Source: Thermoplasmata archaeon (GTDB lineage: Archaea; Thermoplasmatota; Thermoplasmata; UBA10834; DTMW01). Taken from it: 64,000 bases of DNA. Position numbers and translations under genes: made by a program. The DNA lies in contig JAWCKK010000003.1 of the NCBI GenBank assembly GCA_038852105.1, positions 68,819 through 132,818 of the forward strand, read 5' to 3'. A model generated the notes under the pieces. The model was not told the DNA's origin. It was given only the letters and a program-made list of their open reading frames with translations, and did not search any database. Below, piece after piece: positions 1-10,053 of the stretch (positions within the stretch are counted from its first letter, which is position 1; the number at the start of each line of letters is the position of its first letter).

Positions 1-756
1 GAGTACGCAATGCAGAACAGCGAGGTCATAAGAGGGATAAACTTCCAGCCCGTGGCTTTCTCCGGCAGGATATCTCAGAAGGAGCGGGAGAAGCAGCGAT
101 ACACGATATCGGATCTCGTTTTGGAGATCGAGGAAAAATCCAAGGGAGCGATTGCGAGGACCGACTGGTATCCGCCTCCTGCGGTCGCGGTTATCAGCGA
201 TTTGGCCGGGATCATAATGAAGAAGAACTACGTGACCTTCACGACTCATCCGGGCTGCGGACTGGCGACCTATCTGTTCATCGATAAGAAGACTGGCGGG
301 ATAACCCCGCTCCCGAGATTCGTCAACGTCGATAGGGTATTCGAGGAGTTGAACGAGCTCGTCAAGAAAGCCAAGGAGCGCAGGGGCACCCTGCGAACGA
401 AGCTCGATCTCGTTCGAATCTTCTGGCGGAATATCGACAAGCGCAAACTGCCAAAGGGAATGAGCAGAATCAAATTCCTGAGAATGATACTTGCCGTAGT
501 GAACGATAAGACGAAGAAAGGGCTCGCAAAGTTCTCATGGGACATGCTGTACATAGGCTCGATGCATTTCCAGGACGCATATAATTACGACATCGACCGG
601 GTGATGAGGTGCAGCATACATTACACCACCCCCGATGGCAGAATCATACCCTTCTGCGCGTACAACTCCGGCCCGGTGTACAGGACCGAGATCGAGAAGA
701 AGTTCTCGGTACCCCTCGACCAATGGCGGAAGGAGAAAGGAGCAGACGGCTTATGA
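1..756 (+). CDS. tes: Tetraether lipid synthase (GDGT-MAS, MJ0619-like radical SAM), C-terminal part; 5' end lies outside the window
   Basis: Motifs FQPVAFSGR, HPGCGLATY and MHFQDAYNYDIDRVMRCSIHYTTPDGRIIPFCAYN are typical of the Tes C-terminus; adjacent to a geranylgeranyl reductase. Confidence 0.85.
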   Translation, partial: EYAMQNSEVIRGINFQPVAFSGRISQKEREKQRYTISDLVLEIEEKSKGAIARTDWYPPPAVAVISDLAGIIMKKNYVTFTTHPGCGLATYLFIDKKTGGITPLPRFVNVDRVFEELNELVKKAKERRGTLRTKLDLVRIFWRNIDKRKLPKGMSRIKFLRMILAVVNDKTKKGLAKFSWDMLYIGSMHFQDAYNYDIDRVMRCSIHYTTPDGRIIPFCAYNSGPVYRTEIEKKFSVPLDQWRKEKGADGL

Positions 757-965
757 TCCGCATGAAGAATTCCTATGCGAGGATATCCATAGACCAGGAA
801 ATGTGCATGCATTGTGGCGCCTGTGTCGGCACTTGCCCGAGGAACGCTCTTTTCCTGCACGACTTGACCGTCGCGGCAGATGAGAACTGCAATGGTTGCC
901 TATTGTGCGTCAGGGTCTGTCCCATCGGTGCCATTGAGAAGGCGCCAGGAGGCAAGGTACGATGA
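753..965 (+). CDS. 2[4Fe-4S] ferredoxin
   Basis: CMHCGACVGTCP and CNGCLLCVRVCP motifs; ATGA overlaps with both neighbours. Confidence 0.9.
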   Translation: MIRMKNSYARISIDQEMCMHCGACVGTCPRNALFLHDLTVAADENCNGCLLCVRVCPIGAIEKAPGGKVR

Positions 966-2152
966 AAGTCATCGAGACCGATGTTGTGGTCGTCGGTGCC
1001 GGACCTGCGGGCTCCACCACCGCTCGATTCGCGGCGAAGGGAGGCGCCGATGTCGTGATGATAGAGAAGAGGCAGGAGATCGGCTCGCCCGTGAGATGCG
1101 CCGAGGGCATCTCGAAACCTCTTCTCGACAAGATAGACTTGAGGCTCGACTCGAAGGACATCGCAAGGCAGGTCAAGGGAGCGAAGATCGTTTCTCCGTC
1201 AGGTCATGTGCTCACTATCTCGGAGAAACAGGCGGGGAACGAGGTCGGAATAGTCCTCGACAGGGTTTTCTTCGACAAGCATCTTGCTAAACTCGCGGCA
1301 GATGAAGGTGCAGAGATATTGTTGAAGACCTCAGCCATTGGATTACTCAGGGATAACGGTAGGATTGCGGGCGTGAGAGCCGTCGGTCCTTCGGGCGATG
1401 TTGAGATACGCGCGAAATGCGTGGTTGGAGCAGACGGTTTCGAATCCCAAATAGGTCGATGGGGCGGTATCGACACTTCTCTTTCCCCTGATGACATCAC
1501 ATCGTGCTTCCAATACAGGCTGACGAACATAGATATTGACCCCGACTACTGCGAGTTCACGATCGGCAGCATGGCTCCAGGGGGGTACGTCTGGATATTC
1601 CCGAAGAACGAGGACACTGCGAACGTCGGCCTGGGAATCCAGCTGAAGCAGCTGAAGAAGCCTGGCGAGGTCAAAGCCGCACTTGATAGATTCATTTCGA
1701 AGGACAAGCGTCTTTCCAAGGGTAAACCGCTGGATATGGTCGCCGGGGCGGTCTCCATCTGCGCGCCCATTGATAAGACCGTCACAGATAATCTGCTGTT
1801 GGTCGGAGATTCGGCAAGGCAGATAGACCCGATAACTGGCGGTGGCATATCGAACGGATGCATCGCAGGACGAATTGCGGGTGAAACGCTTGCGCGTGCC
1901 TTAAAGACAGGCGATTTTTCCGGCCGAGGGTTGCAGCCATACGAGCAGGGCTGGAGAGATGTCCTGGAGAACAAGCAGTATCGGAATTGGATGGCGAAGG
2001 AGAAGCTCGTGAAGTTGTCGGATGAGGTTCTTGACAAAATAATCCAGGCACTGATAGAGGTCGGCGTCGAAGGCTTATCTGCTCTAGCAATACTGCAGGC
2101 GGTTGCGAAGAAGTACCCGGAACTGGTCGAAGAATTCAAAGACTTCCTATGA
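962..2152 (+). CDS. Digeranylgeranylglycerophospholipid reductase (geranylgeranyl reductase family)
   Basis: GAGPAGS FAD motif, PVRCAEG, PGGYVWIFPK, GDSARQIDPITGGGI. Confidence 0.92.
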   Translation: MKVIETDVVVVGAGPAGSTTARFAAKGGADVVMIEKRQEIGSPVRCAEGISKPLLDKIDLRLDSKDIARQVKGAKIVSPSGHVLTISEKQAGNEVGIVLDRVFFDKHLAKLAADEGAEILLKTSAIGLLRDNGRIAGVRAVGPSGDVEIRAKCVVGADGFESQIGRWGGIDTSLSPDDITSCFQYRLTNIDIDPDYCEFTIGSMAPGGYVWIFPKNEDTANVGLGIQLKQLKKPGEVKAALDRFISKDKRLSKGKPLDMVAGAVSICAPIDKTVTDNLLLVGDSARQIDPITGGGISNGCIAGRIAGETLARALKTGDFSGRGLQPYEQGWRDVLENKQYRNWMAKEKLVKLSDEVLDKIIQALIEVGVEGLSALAILQAVAKKYPELVEEFKDFL

Positions 2153-3226
2153 TCGCGATCGATCTTCAGCGATAAGTCTCCGATAGATTTCGAAAAGCCT
2201 TCTGCCCGTGTTTCGGATGTCGTGTTCTTCCGCAAGCTTGTTGGACCCATTAATGAGGATAGACCTCATTGTTTCATCGCTGGATATCATTCTGACCGCT
2301 CTCACGAAATCTTCCGTCGAGGCGCATTTCAGACAGTTCTTTCCGGTCTCAAGCCAGTCATCGAAGGCCGGTATGTCTCGCAATATGATTGGGAGACCCA
2401 TGCTAGCGGCTTCCAGCACGACGTTTCCGTAGCTTTCTGCACGCGTGGGCAACATGAACGCGCCCGAATTCGAGTACCCGCCTATGAGCAACTCGAAGGA
2501 GATATACCCCGTGAACAGAACATTTTCCGGCAGTTTGCCTCCTGGCATCGCATCGACAAGCAACGGTTCGCTGCCCCCGATCCATACGAATCTCACCTTC
2601 GAATCGGGATATCGTCTTTGAAACTCCGCAGCCGTCTCGATGAAGGTATCGACTCCTTTGCGTGGGATCCTTAGCCCGACGCTTACAACCACGAATTCAT
2701 CGCTTTCTATGCGGAATTTCTCTCTGAACTTCTTTGCGAGCTCAGGGTTTTTCTTGAATTTGGTCCTATCTACTCCGTTGAAGACAACCTCGAACGGCCC
2801 CTTCACTCCAAGTTTGCGAAGCGACCTCATTGCAAATGGGCTTGGCGCAACTAGCACATCTCCCAGATTGAAGAAGAACCTACTATAAATTCTGTTCAAG
2901 GGATAGAGAATAGAAGCGCCTTTGAACCCGCCCTTGATGAGCTCCGGGAGATGATGACCGTGAACCACGATCTTCTTGCCTTTCAGTTTTCCCATGATTC
3001 CGAGATATATGGATTTCGGGAGCGGGTTGTGCAAATGAAGTATGTCATAATCGAAATCTGCGCGGTCGACAACGACCTCGCATCCGAGCTTTTCTAGCTC
3101 CTCTATCCAGAGGGGGACTATCGTGCCCATGCCGCCCGGGTTCTGAAATGGAATTATCTTCGAATAGGACGATAATTCGATAATCATTGCGACCCTGATT
3201 CTGTTCTCGGATTCACTTTCGGACAT
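2147..3226 (-). CDS. Glycosyltransferase family 4 (resembles glycolipid glycosyltransferases)
   Basis: RKGVD and ESYGNVVLEAAS (E-x7-E) GT-B motifs. Confidence 0.88.
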   Translation of the reverse strand: MSESESENRIRVAMIIELSSYSKIIPFQNPGGMGTIVPLWIEELEKLGCEVVVDRADFDYDILHLHNPLPKSIYLGIMGKLKGKKIVVHGHHLPELIKGGFKGASILYPLNRIYSRFFFNLGDVLVAPSPFAMRSLRKLGVKGPFEVVFNGVDRTKFKKNPELAKKFREKFRIESDEFVVVSVGLRIPRKGVDTFIETAAEFQRRYPDSKVRFVWIGGSEPLLVDAMPGGKLPENVLFTGYISFELLIGGYSNSGAFMLPTRAESYGNVVLEAASMGLPIILRDIPAFDDWLETGKNCLKCASTEDFVRAVRMISSDETMRSILINGSNKLAEEHDIRNTGRRLFEIYRRLIAEDRSRS

Positions 3227-3381
3227 GGCTGACCAGCGGTCAATGGGTTGCAGAAATATTAATGATTAGTTACGGGTTCGCGCGGAGGGTCGTCACCGGA
3301 ATCAAGGAAATAGGGTGTCAATGTTTAAGTATCAACCAGACAATAGGCTGGTTCGAAGGGAGCACTGGCTATTGCTAAGGG

Positions 3382-6180
3382 GTGTGCAGCTACTTGCCTT
3401 CAAGAAAAGGCTCGAATCGAAGCGGTCGCAGATTATCCGCCAGCGATGACAACGAGCGGGCTCAAATTTCAAACAAAGCCAGGCGCTCTGCACTGATACA
3501 GCTCAAGTTCGGCAGGGCTTCACATTTCCTGAGCACGTTCGCGGCAGTGCTTCTCGCTCTCGCTGCGATTGTCGCATATCTCATCTCTGAAGATGCTTCG
3601 CTGACCTGGCTTGAGAACTCGAAATGGCTAATACCTTTAATCGCCGGGGCCTTCATGTCAATAACGGTCGTATATCTGAAATGGGAGCCGTTCTTGACAG
3701 ACAGGACTGCTAATCATTTCATCGTGTCGTATATCGCAATGGCTGTACCATTGATTCTGATCATCCTGGTCGTTCTGTATGAATTGAACTATGTGGAAGT
3801 CGGAACGGGAGGATGGATATATCCGCTTTCCTTCGTTGGGATATCGTTCTCTCTCGTGTCGATTGCGATGATTTGGGAAGGGATGAGCCGCAGAAAGGTC
3901 ATCGCAATCGTCTCAGCGTTCGTGCCGTTCGCAATAATGACCGCCCCGGCGTTCTATGACGCCGGGCTTTTCGGAATACTGCCTCTGGTCTATCTCGGAA
4001 GCGCAGTGTGCATACAATTGTCGGGGTCGATGATGCACGTGATGTCGACCAGCACTTCTGTACAGGAGCGCGAGATACTGAAAGCGAGCGACGCGAAGAT
4101 GCTCGCCCTCAGGGCTGAATTGGAAAGGCGAGAGGAGGAGATTGCTTACAAGGAGAGAGCCCTTGTCGAGAAAGAGCTGGGGTTCGATCAATACGAAAAA
4201 GCCTTAGGCGAACTCCGTGAAGAGATCGATCAGAGGAAAAAGGAGCTGGAAAATCTCGAGGCAAAGGTCGGTCAACGCATGGAATTATTGAAGTCCGAGG
4301 CGGAGAAGACCTCCGGCCTCTCGGCCGATCTCAAGAAAAGGGAGGAGATACTTCAGCAAAGAGAACTCGAACTCAACTCGAGGGAGAGAGAAATCGAGAC
4401 GATAACCGAGGCGCTCGGCAAGAAGGAATCGCAATTGCAGGACTTGTTCTTGAGATTCCAGGAAGATCAGGCAAGAATCAGGGCGGCCGAGAAGCAGCTG
4501 AAAGACAAGAGCGAGCTCATAGAAGAGCAACTGAGGGCGCTAAAGGCTGGAAGAGAATCTTTCATGGGAGAGCAGAAGGCCCTTGCCGAAAAGGAGAAGG
4601 AACTGCAGCTCAGGGAGAGCGCCATCGAGATGCGCCTGAGAAGCCTCGAGAGCGCGACGGCTGCTCCGAAAGAGGAGATTTCTAGACTGAGGCGCTGGGA
4701 AGAGAAGCTTCACGAAAAGGAGAAGAAAGTCGCGGCATTGGAGGCGGAGCTCACAGAAAGAAGATTGCTGGCCGAGCAGCTGATGAGCGATGCAAAGATG
4801 CAACTTGCGAGCGCGGAAGAAAGATTGAAAGCGGCCGAAGAAAAGGAGAAGAAGCTATTCGAAAAGGAATCCGTCATCGAGAGGTTAGAAAAGGAGATTG
4901 CCAATGCTCGGGAGGACCTCGCCCAGAAGATTATGGAGCTCGACACATTGCGACAGGAGGCGGAGCAGAAGAAATCCCAGTACTCAGCTCTAATCGAGCG
5001 CGTCTCGAAGAGGGAAATCGATCTTGCAAAGAAGGATGAGGATCTCAAATCCCAATATTCAATGATGGAGTCGCGCGAGAACTCTTTGAGGGAATCCATA
5101 GAGCGTCTTGCAAAAGAACGACAGGATATCGAGAACAGGCGCAAGGAACTGCTCGAGCTGGAGAAGGAGATAGGTACCAAGGTCTCTCAGCAACATCTCA
5201 AGGAGCTCGAGCTCCGAGAGCGCCAGAGAATGCTCGAGAGCGGAATCGCCTCAATGGTCTCATCCTCTTCCGATTTCGCTGGGAAGATCGAGGAGTTGCA
5301 GGAAAGGGAACGCGCGCTCGAGCACCGCGAAAGACTGCTGTCCGAAAGGGAGCGAGAGGCAAGGAGGCGGGCATTCACGCCCAGGACTTCGGAGATCGAG
5401 GCGGAAGTCTCCCCAGTCTCTCCCAAGAAGGCAGAGGCGACAAAGAAATTCTCGACGGGCACGAAGAGGTTAGACGACCTGCTTTACGGCGGGATTCCGC
5501 CCGGCTCAAGCGTTCTCTTCATAGGCCCGCCGTTCTCGGGAAAGGAGACTGGCATATTGTCATTTCTGGCGGAAGGATTGAGGAGTGGCATACCAGCGAT
5601 TATAGTCACGACTTCAAAATCTCCGAGCGACCTTTCTAGGGACTTCGCACCGATTATGCCTGACCTACTGGAACTCGAACGCATAGGGCTCGTTCGCTGG
5701 CTAGACGCGACATCCGCCGAGTCAGCCGATGCGAAATCATCTGACAAGTTCAGGAAGAACTACGTGAAGGTTGACGGCCCGGATGACTTGGCTGGCATAA
5801 TAGAGGGGCTGGACAAACTGACATCCGATATTAGAAACGGGGCATTCAGGGGTTTCAAGCTCGGCTATCTTTCCTTATCGACGAGCATCTCGCACGTCGG
5901 AGATATGGAAGCGACAAAGTTCGTCCAAGGAATGGCCCGCACTATCCGCGACTTGAACTCGGTCGGAATGTTCGCACTTGAGAAGGGGATGCATAGCGAG
6001 CAGCAAATCGAATCTATCCAGCACCTGATGGACGGGTCGTTCCTCATCAAGGTCGACAAGCAGAAGTACTATCTCTCAGTCGTCGGGATCGGCGAGGTAC
6101 AGTCTAGAGACTGGATTGAATTCAAATTGACAAATTCTGCACTTGTAATCGGCGCTTTCTCTCTTGAAAGAATACGATGA
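3382..6180 (+). CDS. Multi-TM membrane protein with a long coiled coil and a C-terminal KaiC/RAD55-like RecA-fold domain
   Basis: About 6 hydrophobic helices, then ~450 aa of E/K/R/L-rich heptads, then STGTKRLDDLLYGGIPPGSSVLFIGPPFSGKE; start codon uncertain. Confidence 0.8.
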   Translation: MCSYLPSRKGSNRSGRRLSASDDNERAQISNKARRSALIQLKFGRASHFLSTFAAVLLALAAIVAYLISEDASLTWLENSKWLIPLIAGAFMSITVVYLKWEPFLTDRTANHFIVSYIAMAVPLILIILVVLYELNYVEVGTGGWIYPLSFVGISFSLVSIAMIWEGMSRRKVIAIVSAFVPFAIMTAPAFYDAGLFGILPLVYLGSAVCIQLSGSMMHVMSTSTSVQEREILKASDAKMLALRAELERREEEIAYKERALVEKELGFDQYEKALGELREEIDQRKKELENLEAKVGQRMELLKSEAEKTSGLSADLKKREEILQQRELELNSREREIETITEALGKKESQLQDLFLRFQEDQARIRAAEKQLKDKSELIEEQLRALKAGRESFMGEQKALAEKEKELQLRESAIEMRLRSLESATAAPKEEISRLRRWEEKLHEKEKKVAALEAELTERRLLAEQLMSDAKMQLASAEERLKAAEEKEKKLFEKESVIERLEKEIANAREDLAQKIMELDTLRQEAEQKKSQYSALIERVSKREIDLAKKDEDLKSQYSMMESRENSLRESIERLAKERQDIENRRKELLELEKEIGTKVSQQHLKELELRERQRMLESGIASMVSSSSDFAGKIEELQERERALEHRERLLSEREREARRRAFTPRTSEIEAEVSPVSPKKAEATKKFSTGTKRLDDLLYGGIPPGSSVLFIGPPFSGKETGILSFLAEGLRSGIPAIIVTTSKSPSDLSRDFAPIMPDLLELERIGLVRWLDATSAESADAKSSDKFRKNYVKVDGPDDLAGIIEGLDKLTSDIRNGAFRGFKLGYLSLSTSISHVGDMEATKFVQGMARTIRDLNSVGMFALEKGMHSEQQIESIQHLMDGSFLIKVDKQKYYLSVVGIGEVQSRDWIEFKLTNSALVIGAFSLERIR

Positions 6181-6182
6181 TA

Positions 6183-7694
6183 TCAGGGGGACGGCCGCAG
6201 ATACGATTTCGGGAGTCTTATCTTCATAGAGAAGCCTTTCTCCGGCTGGCCCGGCGAGGCGTCCTCGAACCACAGCTTCCCGCCGAAATGCTCGACCACT
6301 GAAGCAAGAAACGATAGATTCCTCGAAGTCCTTCTCCTCTCCGTTCTTGTACCTGACAGGTTGAACGGGGTTGAGAGCATCTCTCTAAATTTGCTCGGCA
6401 GTGTGAGGTCTGGGATTTCCAGTTTCAGTTGCCAGAACTCCTGTCCTGCCTCGTCGATTATCGGAGATATGCTGATGTGCACATCAATGTCCTGATTATG
6501 AGCATATCTCGCTGCGCGGTCGAGTTCCACAGCGAGCATATTCCGAACATACTTGCCTCCGACCGCGAAGACCTCATCGTACGTAGGCTTCTCGTAGTGC
6601 AATCTGAACTTCCGGTTTGGATAATGAGATTCTATGCTGCTCACTATTTCGGTAAGGCACTCAGCGAGATTGAGGCTTTCCACGCCGGATGCATCAATCT
6701 TCTGCACCTCGGAGAGCGTTCGAAGATTTAGCAGGAAGGTCGCGATTTCCTTCACCTGTTCGATAATCCTTGCCGAATACTTCTTGGCTTCCTGGGATGT
6801 ATCCTCTCTTTGTGAGATGGCCTCGGCGTAGGTCATGATTGGCGCTACGAGATTTGCGATGTCATGCGCGAGATAGTCGAAGTACTCTTGAGCCCTGTTT
6901 TTCGCATCCTCCGCCTGTTGGGTTCGTTGTTCGAGTTGGACCGTCGCCTCCTTCTTGGAGGTAATATCCCGTGACATGCCGAGCACTCGAACGACATTTC
7001 CATTTTCGTCTTTTATGGGAATCAGCCAAGTGTCTATCCAAGCTCTTCCGCGGGGAAATATCGTCTCCGCTTCGACGTTGAGTAATTCTCCCCTGTTGAG
7101 CACTCGTTCCACGTTCTTCTTTTGTGATTCAGCTATATGAGCGGGGAAGAGTGCTTCCATGCGTTTGCCGACAAGAGCCTCAGGAGTCTTGTCGAATATG
7201 CTCGCGGCATATTTGTTCACAAATCTGACGATGAGGTTCTCGTCGAGCACAAATATCATATCTTTGGTAGTCTCGGTCAGCATATCGAAGTACTTCGCTT
7301 TTTCATCGAGCGCGCGGTTCTTCTCGAGTTGCTCGCTGATATCTAGAATAGACAACACCAGCACGATTCTCCCTGATTCGTCAAGACATCCCCTGGCGCT
7401 TCCTTCGATGACCTTCCAGTTGCCGTCACTATGGAGTATCCTGAGTCTTTCGAGTCGTACGCTCCTCTGTTCTTTCATTGCTGAGTCGAGCGCGCGCTCC
7501 ATCGTTTCGAAGCATTTGGGATGGATCAAAGATGCGAATTCTTTGCCGATCAGTCCGGAGGGTTCGTATCCCAATGCAATTCTTACCGAAGGACTGACAT
7601 ACTCAATTATGCCGTTGAGATCGGTCACGAAAATAATCTCTTGGCAATTCTCCGCTATGAACCGGAGATATCCATCGTCACCCATCTGCATCAC
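6183..7694 (-). CDS. PAS-PAS sensor histidine kinase-like protein with a degenerate ATPase domain
   Basis: Two PAS/PAC domains and H-box LAHDIANL; N/G1/G2 boxes not recognisable. Confidence 0.8.
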   Translation of the reverse strand: MMQMGDDGYLRFIAENCQEIIFVTDLNGIIEYVSPSVRIALGYEPSGLIGKEFASLIHPKCFETMERALDSAMKEQRSVRLERLRILHSDGNWKVIEGSARGCLDESGRIVLVLSILDISEQLEKNRALDEKAKYFDMLTETTKDMIFVLDENLIVRFVNKYAASIFDKTPEALVGKRMEALFPAHIAESQKKNVERVLNRGELLNVEAETIFPRGRAWIDTWLIPIKDENGNVVRVLGMSRDITSKKEATVQLEQRTQQAEDAKNRAQEYFDYLAHDIANLVAPIMTYAEAISQREDTSQEAKKYSARIIEQVKEIATFLLNLRTLSEVQKIDASGVESLNLAECLTEIVSSIESHYPNRKFRLHYEKPTYDEVFAVGGKYVRNMLAVELDRAARYAHNQDIDVHISISPIIDEAGQEFWQLKLEIPDLTLPSKFREMLSTPFNLSGTRTERRRTSRNLSFLASVVEHFGGKLWFEDASPGQPEKGFSMKIRLPKSYLRPSP

Positions 7695-7840
7695 ATTCTA
7701 TCCCAAGAGCGCAATCGATTGTCGGAATCTTGTCTCATTTTTGTAAGTCTATTATCGAGGACGCGCTGCACAACTCTCCTGAGACGTTACCAATTCCCAG
7801 ACTAATAAAGTTTCTCGATATAAAAATCGCATCTCATCGC

Positions 7841-8839
7841 TCAATTGTTTGTTCTCGTTCTACCTTTGATATCGGCCCTCGAAGCCCAACTCTTCGGATA
7901 AGTTCCAGGTTCCATGAATACCCTTTCCAGGCGGACTACTTCTCCTTCCTTCATATCGATAATGTCTTCTGTATCCAATATCGCAGTTCCCGTAGCAACA
8001 ATCTCGTCTTTAAGCGAGAAAATCGCTACCTTATCTCCTTTGTCGATGCTCTTTGATAATTCCACAATTCCTGGGATAGCCAGTGTAGCGCCATGACATA
8101 AAGCATCTATGGCAGAATCCTTCACAACAATTCTCTTCCAGCCATGGAATATCCGCTCCATCGGAATGATCACCTTCCGCAGCTCCCTGTCATCGCCATC
8201 ATTCCGAAATTCCACCGCGTCTCTCAGGGCGTGCAACGTTATCGCATCTTTTTCCGCGAACGGCCCTGCCTCGATTCTTCTAAGCTCTTGCAGGTGTGCC
8301 CCCGTGCCCAATGCATCGCCTATGTCTACGCACAAGCTGCGGACGTATGTACCTCCCTCGCATCTCACATCGAACAGTACGATGTTGCCACTCCTCTCTA
8401 ACAATCCGAGGCTTTCTATCGTCCTTTTCCTGAGAGCCCTCTTGACGGCAGATCTCACTGGCGGAGTTTGAAATATTTCTCCTGTGAACTCTCGGAAAAT
8501 CCTTTCAAGAGCATCGGTATCGACGTCGTCATGCAGTTTCATCAGGCCGATGTACCTCTTTCCTGCCGAATGGATGTAATCCATCGCTCTCACGGCGTTT
8601 CCAAGACCAATCGGTAGTACGCCGGTTGCCCGCGGGTCAAGCGTGCCACCGTGACCTGTCTTCCTTATCCCCAGGATGTCTCTCACCCAGGCGGCGACCT
8701 GGTGCGATGTTGGCCCCATCGGTTTATCTATGACGACGAGTCCAGTCTCCATCAGCTCATCTATTGTCCTATCTTCGGGCCGCTTGCCGAATCGCGAATC
8801 AATCGAAGATGAGCTCTTCCTAATTAGGGAAGCAGTCAT
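7841..8839 (-). CDS. cbf5: H/ACA pseudouridine synthase Cbf5 (TruB family)
   Basis: IDKPMGPTSHQV, GHGGTLDP, GTYVRSLC, C-terminal PUA domain. Confidence 0.95.
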   Translation of the reverse strand: MTASLIRKSSSSIDSRFGKRPEDRTIDELMETGLVVIDKPMGPTSHQVAAWVRDILGIRKTGHGGTLDPRATGVLPIGLGNAVRAMDYIHSAGKRYIGLMKLHDDVDTDALERIFREFTGEIFQTPPVRSAVKRALRKRTIESLGLLERSGNIVLFDVRCEGGTYVRSLCVDIGDALGTGAHLQELRRIEAGPFAEKDAITLHALRDAVEFRNDGDDRELRKVIIPMERIFHGWKRIVVKDSAIDALCHGATLAIPGIVELSKSIDKGDKVAIFSLKDEIVATGTAILDTEDIIDMKEGEVVRLERVFMEPGTYPKSWASRADIKGRTRTNN

Positions 8840-9381
8840 GCTCTCATCTTCCCGATCTCTCTCACAATTATTTCAGATACCTCATGAGCAGAAATATCAG
8901 TACTGTCGATCACAAGGTCATACACGGAGATATCGTCGATATCGATCCCATAGAATTCGATATATCTTCTTTTCTCGGATTCCTCTCTCGATTTGAGCCT
9001 TTCGAGCTCGTCCTCGGGTTTCGTTTTCTCCCTTCTCGCAATCCTCTCGGCACGCGTCTTCAAAGGAGCGGTCACGAAAACCTTCAAGGACTCAATCCCG
9101 TTCCTTCCCAGCAACTGACCGGCGAGTCTCCCTTCCACAACTATATCGTCCTTCTCCTTGGCTATCTTGATGATTTCATCGTCGAGCTTCCTGTCGATAG
9201 TCGCATCTTTCTCTGCCAATCTGTTATACTCAATAACGTTCATGCCGGCCTTTTCTGCCTGCTTCCTAAATATCTTGCCGGTCAATATCAACTCGAGGCC
9301 CAGCGTTCTCGCTACCTCTCTTGCCACAGTCGTCTTTCCGCTCCCAGGAGGGCCGCTAATTGTGATTCGCATCCTTGACAC
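8836..9381 (-). CDS. cmk: Cytidylate kinase (archaeal type)
   Basis: ITISGPPGSGKTT, VVEGRLAG, YGIDIDD; conserved position. Confidence 0.93.
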   Translation of the reverse strand: MSRMRITISGPPGSGKTTVAREVARTLGLELILTGKIFRKQAEKAGMNVIEYNRLAEKDATIDRKLDDEIIKIAKEKDDIVVEGRLAGQLLGRNGIESLKVFVTAPLKTRAERIARREKTKPEDELERLKSREESEKRRYIEFYGIDIDDISVYDLVIDSTDISAHEVSEIIVREIGKMRA

Positions 9382-10051
9382 CCTTGCCTGATTCGAGCTC
9401 CTTCAGCCTCTTATTGAAGCTGAAATATTTCAGGACTCGTGCCAAGACCTGACCGAACGGCATGGTCAGGAGAGAATATAGAAGTATCCAGTTCGGGAAG
9501 ACGTTGCTGCCGAGCAGGTCCGTCACCGGTCCCCATGGAACAGATATCGTCGAGGTCGCGATATGCTCGGTCACGAATACGAAAAGCCACGCGAATATCG
9601 GGATTATGACTATCATCGTGACCGGCAGCAGCTTCATCTGTGTCTGCATGCCCGACATGGATTTCGACATCACTTCCTGTTGGACATCCATCAGTTTCTT
9701 CAGCTTGTAGGTGTTGTTTTCGAGCCTCGCCTTCGTGAGCTCCTTCCGAAAGGCATTGGCTATCTTTTGGTTTCTCGCCATTTCAACCCAGTCGACGAAG
9801 AAATGCCGCAGTATTGTGGAGAAGAAAATCATGAGCACGCCCGCGAAAAGAAGGGTTATTACTGGCAAAGTGCCTCCGAATCCTATTATCGGGAAAAGAG
9901 CGTAGTTGATCGCGGTGCCCATCGCATACCTTATCCCGGGCGTGAAAAGGACGGTCATCGCGAAAAACATGACCATCAGGATCAACAAGCTGTTAGCCGG
10001 GTTGGCCATCGGAGGAGCTCCGGGCCTTCCTCCGGTCGGTGCCGGGGGCAA
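9356..10051 (-). CDS. DUF106 / EMC3-TMCO1-like (Oxa1 superfamily) membrane protein
   Basis: TM helices plus coiled coil, WILLYSL motif, position after secY; start is TTG 10051 or ATG 10009. Confidence 0.85.
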   Translation of the reverse strand: MPPAPTGGRPGAPPMANPANSLLILMVMFFAMTVLFTPGIRYAMGTAINYALFPIIGFGGTLPVITLLFAGVLMIFFSTILRHFFVDWVEMARNQKIANAFRKELTKARLENNTYKLKKLMDVQQEVMSKSMSGMQTQMKLLPVTMIVIIPIFAWLFVFVTEHIATSTISVPWGPVTDLLGSNVFPNWILLYSLLTMPFGQVLARVLKYFSFNKRLKELESGKGVKDANHN

Positions 10052-10053
10052 GG

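Noticed and set aside
3341..3374. GGTTCGAA-containing hairpin resembling a tRNA T-arm
   Set aside because: No cloverleaf can be built; only a weak CAATAG/CTATTG stem
4080..5400. Repetitive GAG/AAG-rich DNA as a tandem repeat or CRISPR array
   Set aside because: Reflects coiled-coil codon composition; no fixed repeat-spacer period
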